Source: Saccostrea echinata (lineage: Eukaryota). From it: a stretch of DNA of 64,000 bases. The stretch is from contig NW_026889751.1 in the NCBI RefSeq assembly GCF_033153115.1, positions 62,001 through 126,000 of the forward strand, written 5' to 3'. Within the stretch, counting starts at the first letter, position 1, and every line of letters begins with the position of its first letter. The translations under genes and the position numbers were made by a program. A model generated the notes under the pieces. That model saw only the letters and a program-made list of their open reading frames with translations. It did not search any database and was not told the DNA's origin. Positions 50,612-63,344 of this stretch are shown piece by piece.

Positions 50612-51950
50612 CACACACACACACACACACACACACTTACACACACACACACACACACAAGAGGCCCAACGGCCTTAATGGTTATATAGGAATAATACAA
50701 CACTGTAAAGGATTCAAAGAAGTATGAAATAAAACAAGATAAACTGATAGAGGAACACTTTGCCCAAAAGCAAGGATGTACATGGATGGACAAAATAGTT
50801 ACCGCTAGTCTAGTGCTCAGTACTAAATCTTAAGTAGATCAATTCACTTGCCCATACTTGCCGGTGCTAATACACTCTCATTTTCATTATCACCATGCAG
50901 ACTTCGCTTGGTTTTTGAAGAATATTTAACGTACAAAGAAAAAGTATTTTTGTCTCATTTTTATTTATCTATTATTTACAAGTTTACCTGGCCATTAAAA
51001 ATATGGAAGTTCTTTTTTGTATTATTCTTCAATTTTTTGTATAATTCTTGTATTCAGTTGACCTAACAATTACATTATTTTTAGTGATTAATTATCATAG
51101 TTGAATAGCAAAGGGGAATAACTCTCTCAGTGCAGTACAAATATCCCTACAAGATAATAAAACCCTGCCCAACACCAGAACAGTTAGTCCAGTGGTCCAG
51201 TAATTCACAAATCTGGTAAAAACACCCTTGCTCGTTTCAACTTTGTACTCCGTTTGCCTCCTAAATGCCCAGGAGCAGAGAAGATTTTCGAAGACTTAAT
51301 CCATTATCACTAAATAATCAACATAAGAACCCCTTACCCAGGGGCCATGAAATTCACAAATTTGGAAGAGGCACCTTTGCTCATCATAACCAGGCACTTC
51401 GTTTGCTAAATACAAAGGGACAGACATGAAGATTTTCAAAAAAAAAATAATGTATTTTCACTATATAATTAACAGAACACCACCCTAACACTAGAACCCC
51501 TGGCTAAGGAGCCATGAAATTCATAATTTTGGAACAGGCACCCTTGCTTACCATAACCATGCACTTAGTTTGTCTGCTAAATATACAGGAGAGAGAGAAG
51601 ATAAACTTTTTGAAGAATTTATGCATTTTCACTACATGATCAATAGAGCCCCGCCCTAAATCAGGAACCTTTGATCCTGGGGTCATGAATTTCACAAATT
51701 TGGTAGATCGAGGGCTTAATGCTTATTACAATTATGCCAACAATTTGACTGCTTTATGTCAAGGTGTAGAGAAGATTTTAAAGACTGCATTAATTTTGAA
51801 GGTGTTAGCCCCCACCACTCAAGCCCGAGGGGATGGGGGAAGAAATTCTAAATTTTTGTAACCCCTTACCCATAGGTACTTTATGCCGAAATTGGTTGAA
51901 ATTAGTTTTGCGGTTCCAGAGAAGAAGCTGGAAATGTTTAAACTGATTAA
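50612..51950. mobile_element. (CA)n microsatellite followed by HINE-like element with ~170-bp diverged monomers
   Basis: (CA)n at 50612-50658, then acaagaggcccaacggcc and repeated gccatgaaattcacaaatttggaagaggcacc motifs at 51200-51900. Confidence 0.65.
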
Positions 51951-52569
51951 CTGTCATTTGATTAAAAAAAAATAAATATTCTAATTCTCCTGCAGCATAA
52001 AAAAAAAATCACAACAAAACAAACAACAAACAAAAATATGGGATCAACGCAGGATTTTCTGCAAACTTGTTCGTAAATACTATAATTCACTCATGATTAT
52101 AATTGGAAGATAATCATTTTAAATTAAGCAAGTATTGTCAGTTGCATTTATCTGTTACAACTTACAAGTGAACTTTTTATAATGTTTACAGACTCATCAG
52201 TTGCTCTGAAACAGGACGAGTGGCATGATCGTGACCTTGAAGAAAAAAGTTAAAAAAAATTAAATATACAAAGAGAATTATTTGCACAAATAAAATATCG
52301 AGTTTCGTCCTCGGGTAGATTGAATGGGGTCGTATGTTAGCGGTAGCTCAGTGCGCTGGATCGAGGCAAACTCGTGGTTTTAACTAGAAACTAGGATTCA
52401 TAGTACAAAAGCCTTCAGAAGCAGTGACAATTATATACATCAGTTTTGACAGCTGTTAGGAAAAAAATACAAGGTGGTTGTTTGCTGCTGATACTGCATG
52501 AACATTTGGTGTAAATGAACGATTTTATTGTTAGAGGATCCGTACAAGAACTTGGAAGAAAGTCGTAAA

Positions 52570-53580
52570 ATGGGAAAGAAATCCGACAGTGAAATAAAAC
52601 ATTTTCTGTTCGAAAACCTCACTTTACTCTTGATTTTCACTGCATTGTCGCTGTTATGTCAGCTCACAACCATTGCGACACCGGGATGGATGAAGTTCCA
52701 TTTGGAGTTCTACGATGACGTCATAGAGTCGTCTGCGACAAACGGGTCCACTGGTACTATATCTGACCTGTCGGCAGAAGTATCGGCTGGACTTTGGTTT
52801 TTTTCATTCTGCTTTGAAGGACAATACCAAAACGGAACTGAATTAGCCTGTTTTACAGAAACCTTTGTTGATTATGATAACAAACACCTATCTAAGTTTC
52901 ACGTCCAACATCTTGAATTACTCAAAGAATTTTGCTGTAAGTAATTTCTTGTACTTTATATACCATTTCTTATTTGTTTTATAGTCTATGAATGCCCTTT
53001 TATGCTAATTTTACTTTTTCCAGTCAATGCATTAAGTGGCCTTTTGGAGTACCAGATTGAGGCATCCATTAGCATAGCCTGCCTCATGATAGGGTTAGTG
53101 TCGTTTCTTCTGTACTACAGACCGAAGGTTATAAGACGGGGATTTGGCATTGTAGCATGCGCTTGTTTTGCAGTTTCAGGTGGGGAATTTAATATTTTGC
53201 TGGGTGAAAAACCAAGTTTTCAATATACCGACGCATTAATCATAAAGACTTTGTACACTTTTTCAGCTATCATGCTATGGGTAGTTGTTGGTAAGATAAC
53301 TACCATCACCCTCCAGATGAAGAAGACTTTCCAGTTCCCTGCAGCGGCGAGTCACGTGACTATTACCGTCCTTATCCCCTGGTGTCTGATTGTGGCTGGA
53401 GCAGCCGCCTTGATGACGTCATTCTCTACCATAACTTTTCTTGTCTATCTGGCCCAGGACAAAACACCAGATAATAAATACCACAAGACAGAAATTCGAG
53501 AGCCTATTTTACAGGACGACCATCTGCCGTGCTGTTCTCATAACAATAACCATTCAATACCCATGACACGTTTTAAGTAA
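52570..53580 (+). CDS. Four-TM claudin/PMP22-like membrane protein. Exons 52570-52936, 53024-53179, 53267-53580
   Basis: TM1 followed by ATPGW, a GLW....C..C extracellular loop signature, then three further hydrophobic segments. GT-AG introns are in phase. Confidence 0.75.
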
Positions 53581-54636
53581 ACTTTAGATCACTTAAGGCT
53601 GCAACATTGGAAAATTTTAGTAAAAGAAATGCACTTAAACCGTTTACAATTTCTTTTTAACGACTTCTTTAACCAAGCAGACTTAATATCCACTTAAGAA
53701 TGAATTCTTTAGTGAAAGAATTGGTATCCAAATTGATTCAATTGGAGATGACCTTGAAAAACGTCTGTATTTGTCCTTTGTGGCAACACATTTTTCATTC
53801 AGATAAAAGTACTGAAGCGTTACTATCTTTCTTAATCTGTGACGGGATTTTAAAGACATCAGATAGATTTTTCACTAATTAAAGAAAAGCATTGTGTACA
53901 TAGTGATAAGTGAAATCGTGTATATAAATTTTATTAAAGTTGTATATTGCACTGTACAATAAATCATGTTTCATGTAATATGAATGCAACAACCCATGAT
54001 GAATAAAACAAAACCAAAAAGGTTTTTCCTTAATACATTAATTGTAGCTGCTATTAGAGTATACACATGTACATATAAGTACTTTAAAAAAACTGAACGG
54101 AAGGACATACTCTAACATCATATGAAAATGGTTAAAGTCAAATTGTCATAAATTCCAAAGTGTCAAATCTGTTTGATACATGTCTTATTCAACCTTAGAA
54201 ATGATAAATCATATTATCATACCATACAACTCAGATCATCACACTGTCTACTGCATGGACACTGGCAAGGCTAACTTTTCTTGAAATTTGAGTTAATTTG
54301 CGGTACATGTAAAGAGAGATATTTATAGTTCATTAACAAACTAGAATTAGGCTGTGTTGTATTAAAATGAATTGCTTAAACAGGTTATTGAGAGGATTGT
54401 AGTGCATATTATTAAAAAAAAATTCCCAAAAGTCAATTTCTGTTACTGTTGCTACAAAACATGACTATGGTTTACCAAACTAAAATTTACTGATGTTTTC
54501 AATACAGAGAAAACTTGCTCTGATTTAATCCCCATATTTGGCACTATTTGACATAACAAATGGTATCTGATTTCAATGTGAGCAATGCATAAAGAGTAGA
54601 CTGAAATGGATTTTGAACCTTAATGTCACATACATG

Positions 54637-54812
54637 TCAAATGGAGAAAAAAAGTCTCTTCTTGTACAAAACCAGTGCTACAAGGACAAAGAATACTGTG
54701 CCCCATAAGTCCATAAAGAGTAGAGCAAAATGTTCAGAAGACACTTTCCAGCTGATTGGAAAATGACGATGTAAAACTTCATGTCCCATGTACAACAGAA
54801 TAGGGTTCATAC
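54637..54812 (-). CDS. HGSNAT: HGSNAT alternative terminal exon, distal copy (176 nt coding)
   Basis: ttttccag acceptor. [24 protein letters not shown]...[11 protein letters not shown]. Confidence 0.88.
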
Positions 54813-57800
54813 CTGGAAAAGGAAAATTTTTATACATTAATATTCCATTTATGCTGCTATTGAATAACTTACTCAGTCTTTTCATGAGTTACCAGGTATA
54901 CACAAATTTGTATTAAACATGTTCACTTTGCAAAACTTTTGATCCAAATCACTTGAAAAGTGCAAGTGTACTTTGTTAATTTCTTGTTTGTCAACAATTT
55001 TTCTAATAATTAAAAAAAAAGCATGTCTTGAAATAAATTGAATACCTTAACAAAATTATGTAACTGAGGATTTAGAGAAGTTCTGCCTTTTATTTTACAA
55101 GGAAAAAATTTAAATGGTAAGCATTATTGGGTAATTTAAGCTGCACTGTATTGCAGATAAAAAATGAAACTGCTAGTTGTATTTTTTTCCAAAGCAGTGC
55201 ACATCTGTGTCATGATATCATTAACATCAGATGAAATAAAGAACAGTGAAAACCCTTGTTTTCTGGCTTAATTCCAGAGTGGATTATAAACATAATGCCC
55301 ATAAGACAATGCTCACCTGAGTCACATTAATCATCAAGAATTAAAGCTTTTTAAATGGGCATGCAGATCTTTTTGATAACTATACCATTTTTCAACATAG
55401 CAATCAAAAACTTTAGTTTTAAAAGTAGAAAATGTTTTGTTTGGGGTCTCCATAGGACTTCAAACCAGTTTGTGATTTTAGCATGAAGCCAACCTGGAGA
55501 AGACTGAAATCTATTTCAAAAAGACTGAAAACTTTAGTTTACAAGGAATTTCAAAAAGTTAACAAATGACAAGACTTTTTTAATTAAACTGTTAGAAACG
55601 GAAGTGACTTGGCTGAAGCTGAAAATGAATCTCTCAACAAGACTGTAATGCCTAGCTTGGAATTACACACTTCTCAAAATCAGAAGCATCACGTTGGGAT
55701 TTTAACCAATTCCTTTAGAAAGTAACAAGAAGTCTCCATATTCTGCATTTATATGTATATCAATGTACAAAATTTACACATTTGAATATAGAGAAATGTT
55801 AAAAAGTGCACCATTCAGAAAGACAACAAAAACTTTGATTGTATAAACTCCGCTTAATTTAGGTAAAAAGCAAATGCAAGGTATAATTATGGTACTTAGT
55901 GTTTGAGTGATACATAAAGCAGCATATCTTAAGGGCTGTATTCATAACAGATTTCAATATAAACCTGTCATTCAAAAGATATTTCTACATTTTTATGCTA
56001 AATTTTCTTTCTTGCAATTTAACTAGCCTTTCTTATGTAAGATTGGTACACTGCAATGATAAAAATTGCATTTGATTTCAGGAAAATGGGATGTTCAGTT
56101 TTGGGATTTGCTAGGGAGAGTTATATAATTGCAATTCTCACATATTAGTTTTCAAATGGCGATGTAAATCTTTTTACAATGCATCATGTAGGTAAAGAGA
56201 CAAAAGAAGGCTGGGCCCCACAAGTGTAGTGCCAGAAGCTGCCAGTGGTTTTCATCCACCTTCCAACCAACAGGGAAAAAATTCTGATACGTAGTGTGGG
56301 CAATGTACATAAAAATGGAGTTCATGCCTGTCAAAGGACAAGTACCACAGAGCATTTTATCTAAATACTGTGTCATCAACAGCATATCTTATAAGATACA
56401 TTTTATTTAATTAACTCCATATTTAAACTTCCAATTATATGTACAGTTAATAATTTTTTTGAGTATAAACTGATGTCACTATGTACATATATGTGTATAT
56501 CAAGTATTTAATATAAGCATGTATATGTTAAAAAAAAATATCTTTATCTTTTAACAATGACTGTATCCCTCTTTTTTTTTTTTATTTATCTTTGAAATAA
56601 ACATCTTCTCTTAATTTTAGTAATATATCAAAACAGCAATATTCTTGTGTAGTTGAAAAAAAGTGAATAAAATCTCTCTTTGTTGTACGTCTAACTCACT
56701 GATCTAATTGATAAAACTCAGAAGTTATTGTTGATGATTTACTTTTTACATTAATGTGTAATTAATGAAGATAATAGAAGAGGTGTTTAGCACCTTACCT
56801 GGGAAATAAAATGGTGCCCCACTCCACACTTTATAAACATCTATGGTAAGGTAACAAAATGCTAACAAGAAAAAGGCAAAGCCTGCCATGCACAGAACAA
56901 AAGATAATGACCTGTAAAAAATAGAAGTATAAATGAACTAGAAAAATCTTTTCAGATAATAATCATTGTTTGGTTATTTTCAATAATTCTGAATATGTTT
57001 TTTTTCAAAATTAATTCTAATGTCATTTTCATAAATCATCCATATTGCATGCACAATGATAAAAGCACAGATAATATATTAATGATATAAACTGAGATTC
57101 AGTCTTTTTATATGATGTCTTACCATAAATTTTTATTGATTGGAATTGCTCCTCCATCTTTTTTAAATTCACATAAAGCACCGGCAATTATACACTACAA
57201 AACACCATAAACATACATGTACATGTTGAATTCATGTCCCATAAAATGTATCATGAATCTCTTCATGAAGTGTTAAAACATTAATATAACCTGATTTCTA
57301 GTGTAATTCACATTCTCCACAGCTGCATCCATTTGCAAAGTTTTTTTGATTCTAGGCCTTAAAACTACATAAGTCCAGAAGGAATTTGACGTACTTGAAC
57401 ATATCATCTTAATTAAAGATCACAGCCACCTTAAAGTGTGTGACACGCCTACCTAAGATGCATTAACTAACCAGTTTGATTATTCTATGCCAAATAATTT
57501 TCCAATTAAGAACCAGAAGGTTTTGCCATATTTGACCTTAACACCATTATTTGTCACAGAGACTTATATTTCAAGTGTGACACACATTCCACCAAAAATG
57601 CATCAGTTGAAAAAATTTGATGATTCTAAGCCACATAATATTTAAGTTACAAAGCTAACAGATGAATAAGGATGGACATGCATGCCATACATACACCCCA
57701 TTTAAAGGTACATGTATAAAATTTGAAAGGGAACGTTATCTACACTTACCAAAATTACCCCCCAAATTATAAATCTCTTCACTCGGGCTGCTGGCTCTTT

Positions 57801-60800
57801 ATATGTCATCAAAATTTTACCAGCCTATATAAAACAAAAATATCATTTATTGTTGTAAGAGCAATGTAATTATAGTTTCAAAGCTGGTATAAATGTTTTT
57901 TTTTATTCCAAATTTGATGAATAGTTTTTTAATTTAACATAACTAATATCTATAACCAAATAAAGTTGAATTTATTTAACATACTAAAAATCATGCACCT
58001 GTAGTCTCTTACCTGTAACCCTAAAAAACACAAAAATATGGAATTCAGTGTTCCTAAAAGCCCCTCTGGATCATAAGGCACTGTGGTTTTATATATCTCC
58101 TGTAAATCAAGAGATAGATTGTTATCAGAAAACTTGATCCAACTTAACATCATTTAATACACTAAGAAATATATCTGTTCTTCAAACCTTGCATGTAGGG
58201 CTTTGGTAGATGTGTCCTTCCCCAAACACTTTTCTATCAATGTAGCCTGCAGCACCACCTGTACAGTTCATATGTTGTCCATTTTCATGTAGACCACCAG
58301 GTCCTACATATCCTCTGAAAGAAAACACAAGAATAACTTAAAACATCAATAAACACAACAAAGGAAGATTCTTACTTTAGAAAACAGACAGCAGTGTTCA
58401 AAATATTGTATAAAAACTGAAAAAAATTTCACTGTATAATTCTGTGGCCTTGATGCTTTATAATTGTCCTGGCAATGACACAACTCATGTTACAAGACAC
58501 ATTTACTCTAAACAATTCACGACCATGCTACATCTTCCCATCAAACACCTTAGTCCTACTTTTGATACATTATATAACAGCTTTTAATGATTTACATTTC
58601 CAAATTCTCAGCTTGTCAGGAAGCAGGCCAGACATATACAGTAAACCACAGTTGTATGTAGCAAACATGAATTTACACTTACAGGGAAGTGATTTTCATT
58701 TCAGTTTTAAGATGTGTTGTGAACAGATATATAGAATTACATTTGTAATGAATCAAAATTGTTAGTCCCTGGCACTTCACTATATTAAAAAGTTTTGCTG
58801 TATGCTGATCATGATCAAGGCATGAGAAACATGATTTTTTAAAATCCATTAACAAAAAAGCTCATGATTAATATACAACATTGCTCTCCTCTCTCTCTCT
58901 TTCTATCTTACTTGGGACAGCCCGGTACATCTAATACGAAGGTGATAACAATATGGGCAGTCACAAAAACGAGATAAAATATCCATTCCAGCCAATAATC
59001 CACAATGTCTCGGATAAAGCCCCAGTAGGTGTACTGAAAGTAAGGAATTAAAATTATCAGTTTGATGACTGCTTTATTTTTTACAAACAGGTTAATTCTT
59101 CACACTGAATGGATCCATCCTTTGTCCATATGATAAATATTTCTTATTCAAGTACCTTGTTTATCAGTTGAGTTTGAAAATCAGAACAAATGCTTAATTA
59201 AGGGAATAGCAAATTCTAGAAATAATAACTTAAAAAAAGCATATACATGTACATGTATACATATAGCTCTTTGGTACACTGTAAGCTGATATAAATAATT
59301 TTGAATCAACTGAGTCCAAAATAATAGGTACCAGTATTTTGCTTTAACCATCCTCTACCTGTATATAAATATGAAATCATTCATTAAACCGAGAAAACCT
59401 TGTGGATGTGATTCATATGATTATTTTGTTTCAAACTACTTCAAGACATATCATTTATTTTATTCTTTAACTTTGACCCTTGCTTTTGATTACAAATCTT
59501 CATTTAATATTCCCCTATGTGTGACTTGGGAATGGAGTCAACAGGCAAGATTTTGGTTATTGAGAGATATCAATGATACAGACATATGACTTTAATGATA
59601 AATCAATTGATATAAAAATACACTGTCATCTGCAGGGACCTTTACTCTCCCTGACAGGCAGACAGACAGATAAAGTGATGTCTATATATCCGCCATGCAC
59701 GGGTGACACAAATAACATATGAAATTTGAGATTCCTTTTATTTTAAGTATAAATATTGCTGTTTCTTAAATAAATTCCACCTTGAAAGCTTTTATTTATC
59801 AATGTTTTAGTTTTACTATGCGAAACAATCATTTTTACTTTTTTATCAAGCCTTCTAAATTTCAAGCGTATGTCTCAGTACATCTTGCAAGACCTGCTGA
59901 AGAAGATGACTGGTTAACACACAGTTGTATTTTACCTTGTGCTAATGTATAAATTAAGAGCTAGGTTGTTGTTAATGAATAAAAATTCCATCTTATTCAA
60001 ATTAAGTCAAATGCAAAAGCAATTTATTTTGCCCAAAGTGGCCCATGTCAAAAAAAATATATATTTATGGAGATCCTGTTGAATAGTAGCCCTCTCTTGA
60101 AAACATCAAATTAAAAATATCGGAGAGGGCTATATTGTTGAAGCTAATTTATGTATATCTAATCATCGGGCTCCAAAACTCAGCAAACCAACTTAACTTC
60201 AAAATCAAATTTGAAAGAACAAAACAAAACTTACTGCATACCTACCATGCTAACATCCACTGTTTTGGCAAAAAACATGTGAATGGATGCCACGACAAAG
60301 TATGTTCCAGCGAACCTCTGTAATACGCCAGGTATTCTCAGCTTAGTAAGAGCAGTAGCTGTCAAAACAAATAAAAACTGTAGATTATGATAAAAAAAAA
60401 ACCCACAAAGTGTAGATTTTAACTTGGACCTAAGTTATATATGTCTCTAAATAAAATGTGTTTACCTTGTGAAGTGTCATTCAATATATACACATGTTAA
60501 AGATTTTATTCTTTGTTTAATTTTTTTTTCCTTTTTCACATGGGATTGATAGAATATTTACATCCAATGAATATTATGTCCTTTATTTCTTAAGAAAACC
60601 ATTGCTGTTTATCTGTCAGTAAACAGCAATAAGCATATCACCTGTACAGATTTCTTGAGCAGTGGCTGTTCCATCAATGAAACTTACAATGACATATATA
60701 TCAACAATACACTATTTCATCTACTAAATCCTACTTTCAATGATTATTTGTACAGATATAAGTATAAACAATAAAATGTCTTTCTTTGTTTGTTAGTATG

Positions 60801-63344
60801 GGAAATAACTATGCAGCTATTGCAGAAAAAAATTACATATGCATTTTTTCTGCAACAGCTGCAACATTAATTCCCATACTAACAACCAAAGAAAGCATTT
60901 TATTGTTTAAATAATTTTACTTCATATACATGTATATGCAAATTTTCTATAATTCAAGGCTAAAAATACTAGAAAGCTTAAGCATTTACTGAGAAAAGAT
61001 TGTCAACACAAAGAAAAATTTCCTCTGTAATAAATTCCTACATAAGAAGTCTGTACAATGTAAGTTAGACCTTGCTAATTTGCTATGATTGTTTTAATGC
61101 AGATACATACCCTCACATCCTCCCGTGTTTATCAGTAAACCCAACACAAACAAAATGCAGCTCCTCTTAAATATTTTCCAGAAAATTTTGTGTTTGGGGG
61201 TGACTCTTCTTAACAGTCCTGTAAATGAGTACACCATGGCTGTGCCCATAATCCAAATAAACCTGCAATGTTACACAATCCAAAAATGGACTTTCAAATC
61301 TGCAACGCTTCCAAACTATGTTTAGCAAAGTATACTCATTTATTACAAAAAAATATGTAAATTTATTATTCATACAAAATCAAAATTAAATTCCCATATA
61401 AAAATCGAAACTTATTATTTTGCATGTTTTCTAACTTTATTTTAAATTCCTTGAGGGAATTAATTAAAAATATTGTAAATTACAAGAAAGAAAACAATCC
61501 TTTGACCTACACAATGCTGTTAAATGTAGCAAACAATATGCACCAATGTTTAGTAAATAGAAAGTGCAGCAAAACAGAAGATCAGTGAGAGGTACTTACT
61601 CAGTGATAGCGAGTATATATAGGGTAAGTAAAATACGAGTGAATTACCATGGAAACACAAGATCTGCCACAGTCAGACCATTCCAGTCAGAGTGGTCAAA
61701 AAACCAGTAGCCACCACCCCCATAGTTCACAAAATTCATGATGGTCAAACTGATTCTACAAGCACCACATGCAGACAAGAAAATTCCATGTATATTTACT
61801 GCTAATGAATCTAAATACTAGTGATGGCATAAAGGCTTTTACCGGTTAGTTAATAGAGAATAAAACAACAACTCAATGATGCAAGCTGTACTTGGTGAAA
61901 CAAAAGCAATCACTGAATAATAAAAACATAAAAATACATAAGAGTGATTGTTTTATTAGTAGATTATAAATTGATATTTCTTAATCACTTCCAAAGCACT
62001 GTAGATTCCTAAATGTACGTTAAGAATTTATAAACACGTAATTTTGTGAGAAGCACATCTTGCGAAATAAAATTACTTGACAATACTTTTATTTTTCTAT
62101 GGATGAAATGAATGTAAACAAGAGGCCCATGGTGACATTGCTCACCTGAGCACTTCGGCTACAAAAAAAATGAAATTAGTTCAGTACTAAAAAATTTTAA
62201 TATAAAAGTGTTGCCCCACCCTACCTCGGGGGTCATGATTTGAAAAAACTTGATTCTACACTACCTGAAGATGCTTTTATGTAAAAATGACCAATCATGG
62301 CTTAGCTGTTATTAACAGTAAGACTTAAAAGATTTTCCTTATGTATTCCTATGTAAAAATTGGGTCACCCACTGTGGCCCCTCCCTACACCGGGGGTCAT
62401 GGTTTGAACAAACTTGCTTCTACACTATCTGAAGATGCTTTTATGTAAATATGACCAATCATGGCTTTGCTGTTCTTGAGAAGAAGAATTTTAAAAATTT
62501 TTCCTATGTATTCCTATGTAAAACTTTTATCACCCATTGTGGGGGGTTCATGATTTGAATAAACTTGAATCTTTACTACCTCAGGATGATTCCACAAAAG
62601 TTTCATAAATTCTAGCACAGTAGTTCTTGAGGAGAAGATTTTTAAATGATGCCATAAATTTTCACAAATTTATAATTATCTCCCCTTGAAACAAGGCAAG
62701 GCCCTTCAAACTTGAATCTCCTTTACCCATGGATACTTTGTGGCAAGTTTAGTTGAAACTGGCCCAGTGGTTCTTCAGAAGAAGATGAAAATGTGTTTTA
62801 AGTTTACATCGATGACAACAGCCAATGGACAAATTTTGATCAGAATAGCTCACTTGAGCCTTCAGCTCAGGTGAGCTAAAAACTCAACATCAACAGTCCT
62901 CTTACAATTTCATATTCTCACGATTTGACATTTATGAGTCATTTCACAAAATTAAGTCCTCGCAAAAAATAAGGAATTTACAGTATAATGTAAGTTCAAA
63001 AGACTTGTATTAAAATGAAGTGCTCTCATACATCTCATCATATATGAAATCTGACACATTTACTTCAAAGTAATACTTCATTAGCATGTAGAAAATAATA
63101 TAAAATACAGTAACATAAATCAAACACAGACTGTTAGTAAATGCAAGTCAGAGGAGATTGAAAATGATTGCTAATTCGGTAGCTATATATAGTCACATCA
63201 ACACCAAAGCAAAGAATGACATCATGCATGTCTCACCATGGAAACACAAGGTCAGCAAATGTTAAACCATTCCATCGACTATGACGGAAAAACCAGTATC
63301 CCCCTCCGCCGTAATTAACAAATATCATAACGATTATACTAATC
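54637..63344 (-). CDS. HGSNAT: Heparan-alpha-glucosaminide N-acetyltransferase, 3' part. Exons 63237-63344 OR 61648-61755, then 61111-61262, 60246-60358, 58912-59033, 58188-58314, 58013-58099, 57750-57824, 57124-57194, 56799-56911, then 56152-56327 OR 54637-54812
   Basis: Motifs [98 protein letters not shown]. The 5' exons lie beyond the window. Confidence 0.95.
56152..56327 (-). CDS. HGSNAT: HGSNAT alternative terminal exon, proximal copy (176 nt coding)
   Basis: ctttgacag acceptor. [24 protein letters not shown]...[11 protein letters not shown]. Confidence 0.88.
60765..60909. mobile_element. Palindromic fold-back element (MITE-like) in HGSNAT intron
   Basis: taaacaataaaatg.tttctttg.ttgttagtatgggaa..tgcagct.ttgcagaaaaaa, then its reverse complement after a short loop. 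Confidence 0.8.
61648..61755 (-). CDS. HGSNAT: HGSNAT catalytic-His exon, copy B (108 nt)
   Basis: [36 protein letters not shown], with AG/GT boundaries and phase 2-2. Confidence 0.9.
62116..62882. mobile_element. HINE with ~165-bp monomers, between the duplicated HGSNAT exons
   Basis: aaacaagaggcccatgg..gctcacctgag start, agctcacttgagccttcagctcaggtgagctaaaa end. Same family as 47595-48912. Confidence 0.8.
63237..63344 (-). CDS. HGSNAT: HGSNAT catalytic-His exon, copy A (108 nt)
   Basis: [36 protein letters not shown], with AG/GT boundaries and phase 2-2. Confidence 0.9.

Noticed and set aside
54637-63344. HGSNAT duplicated exons as an assembly or haplotype artefact, or as a second gene
   Set aside because: The copies are strongly diverged, their flanking introns are unrelated, and the intervening exons are single-copy.
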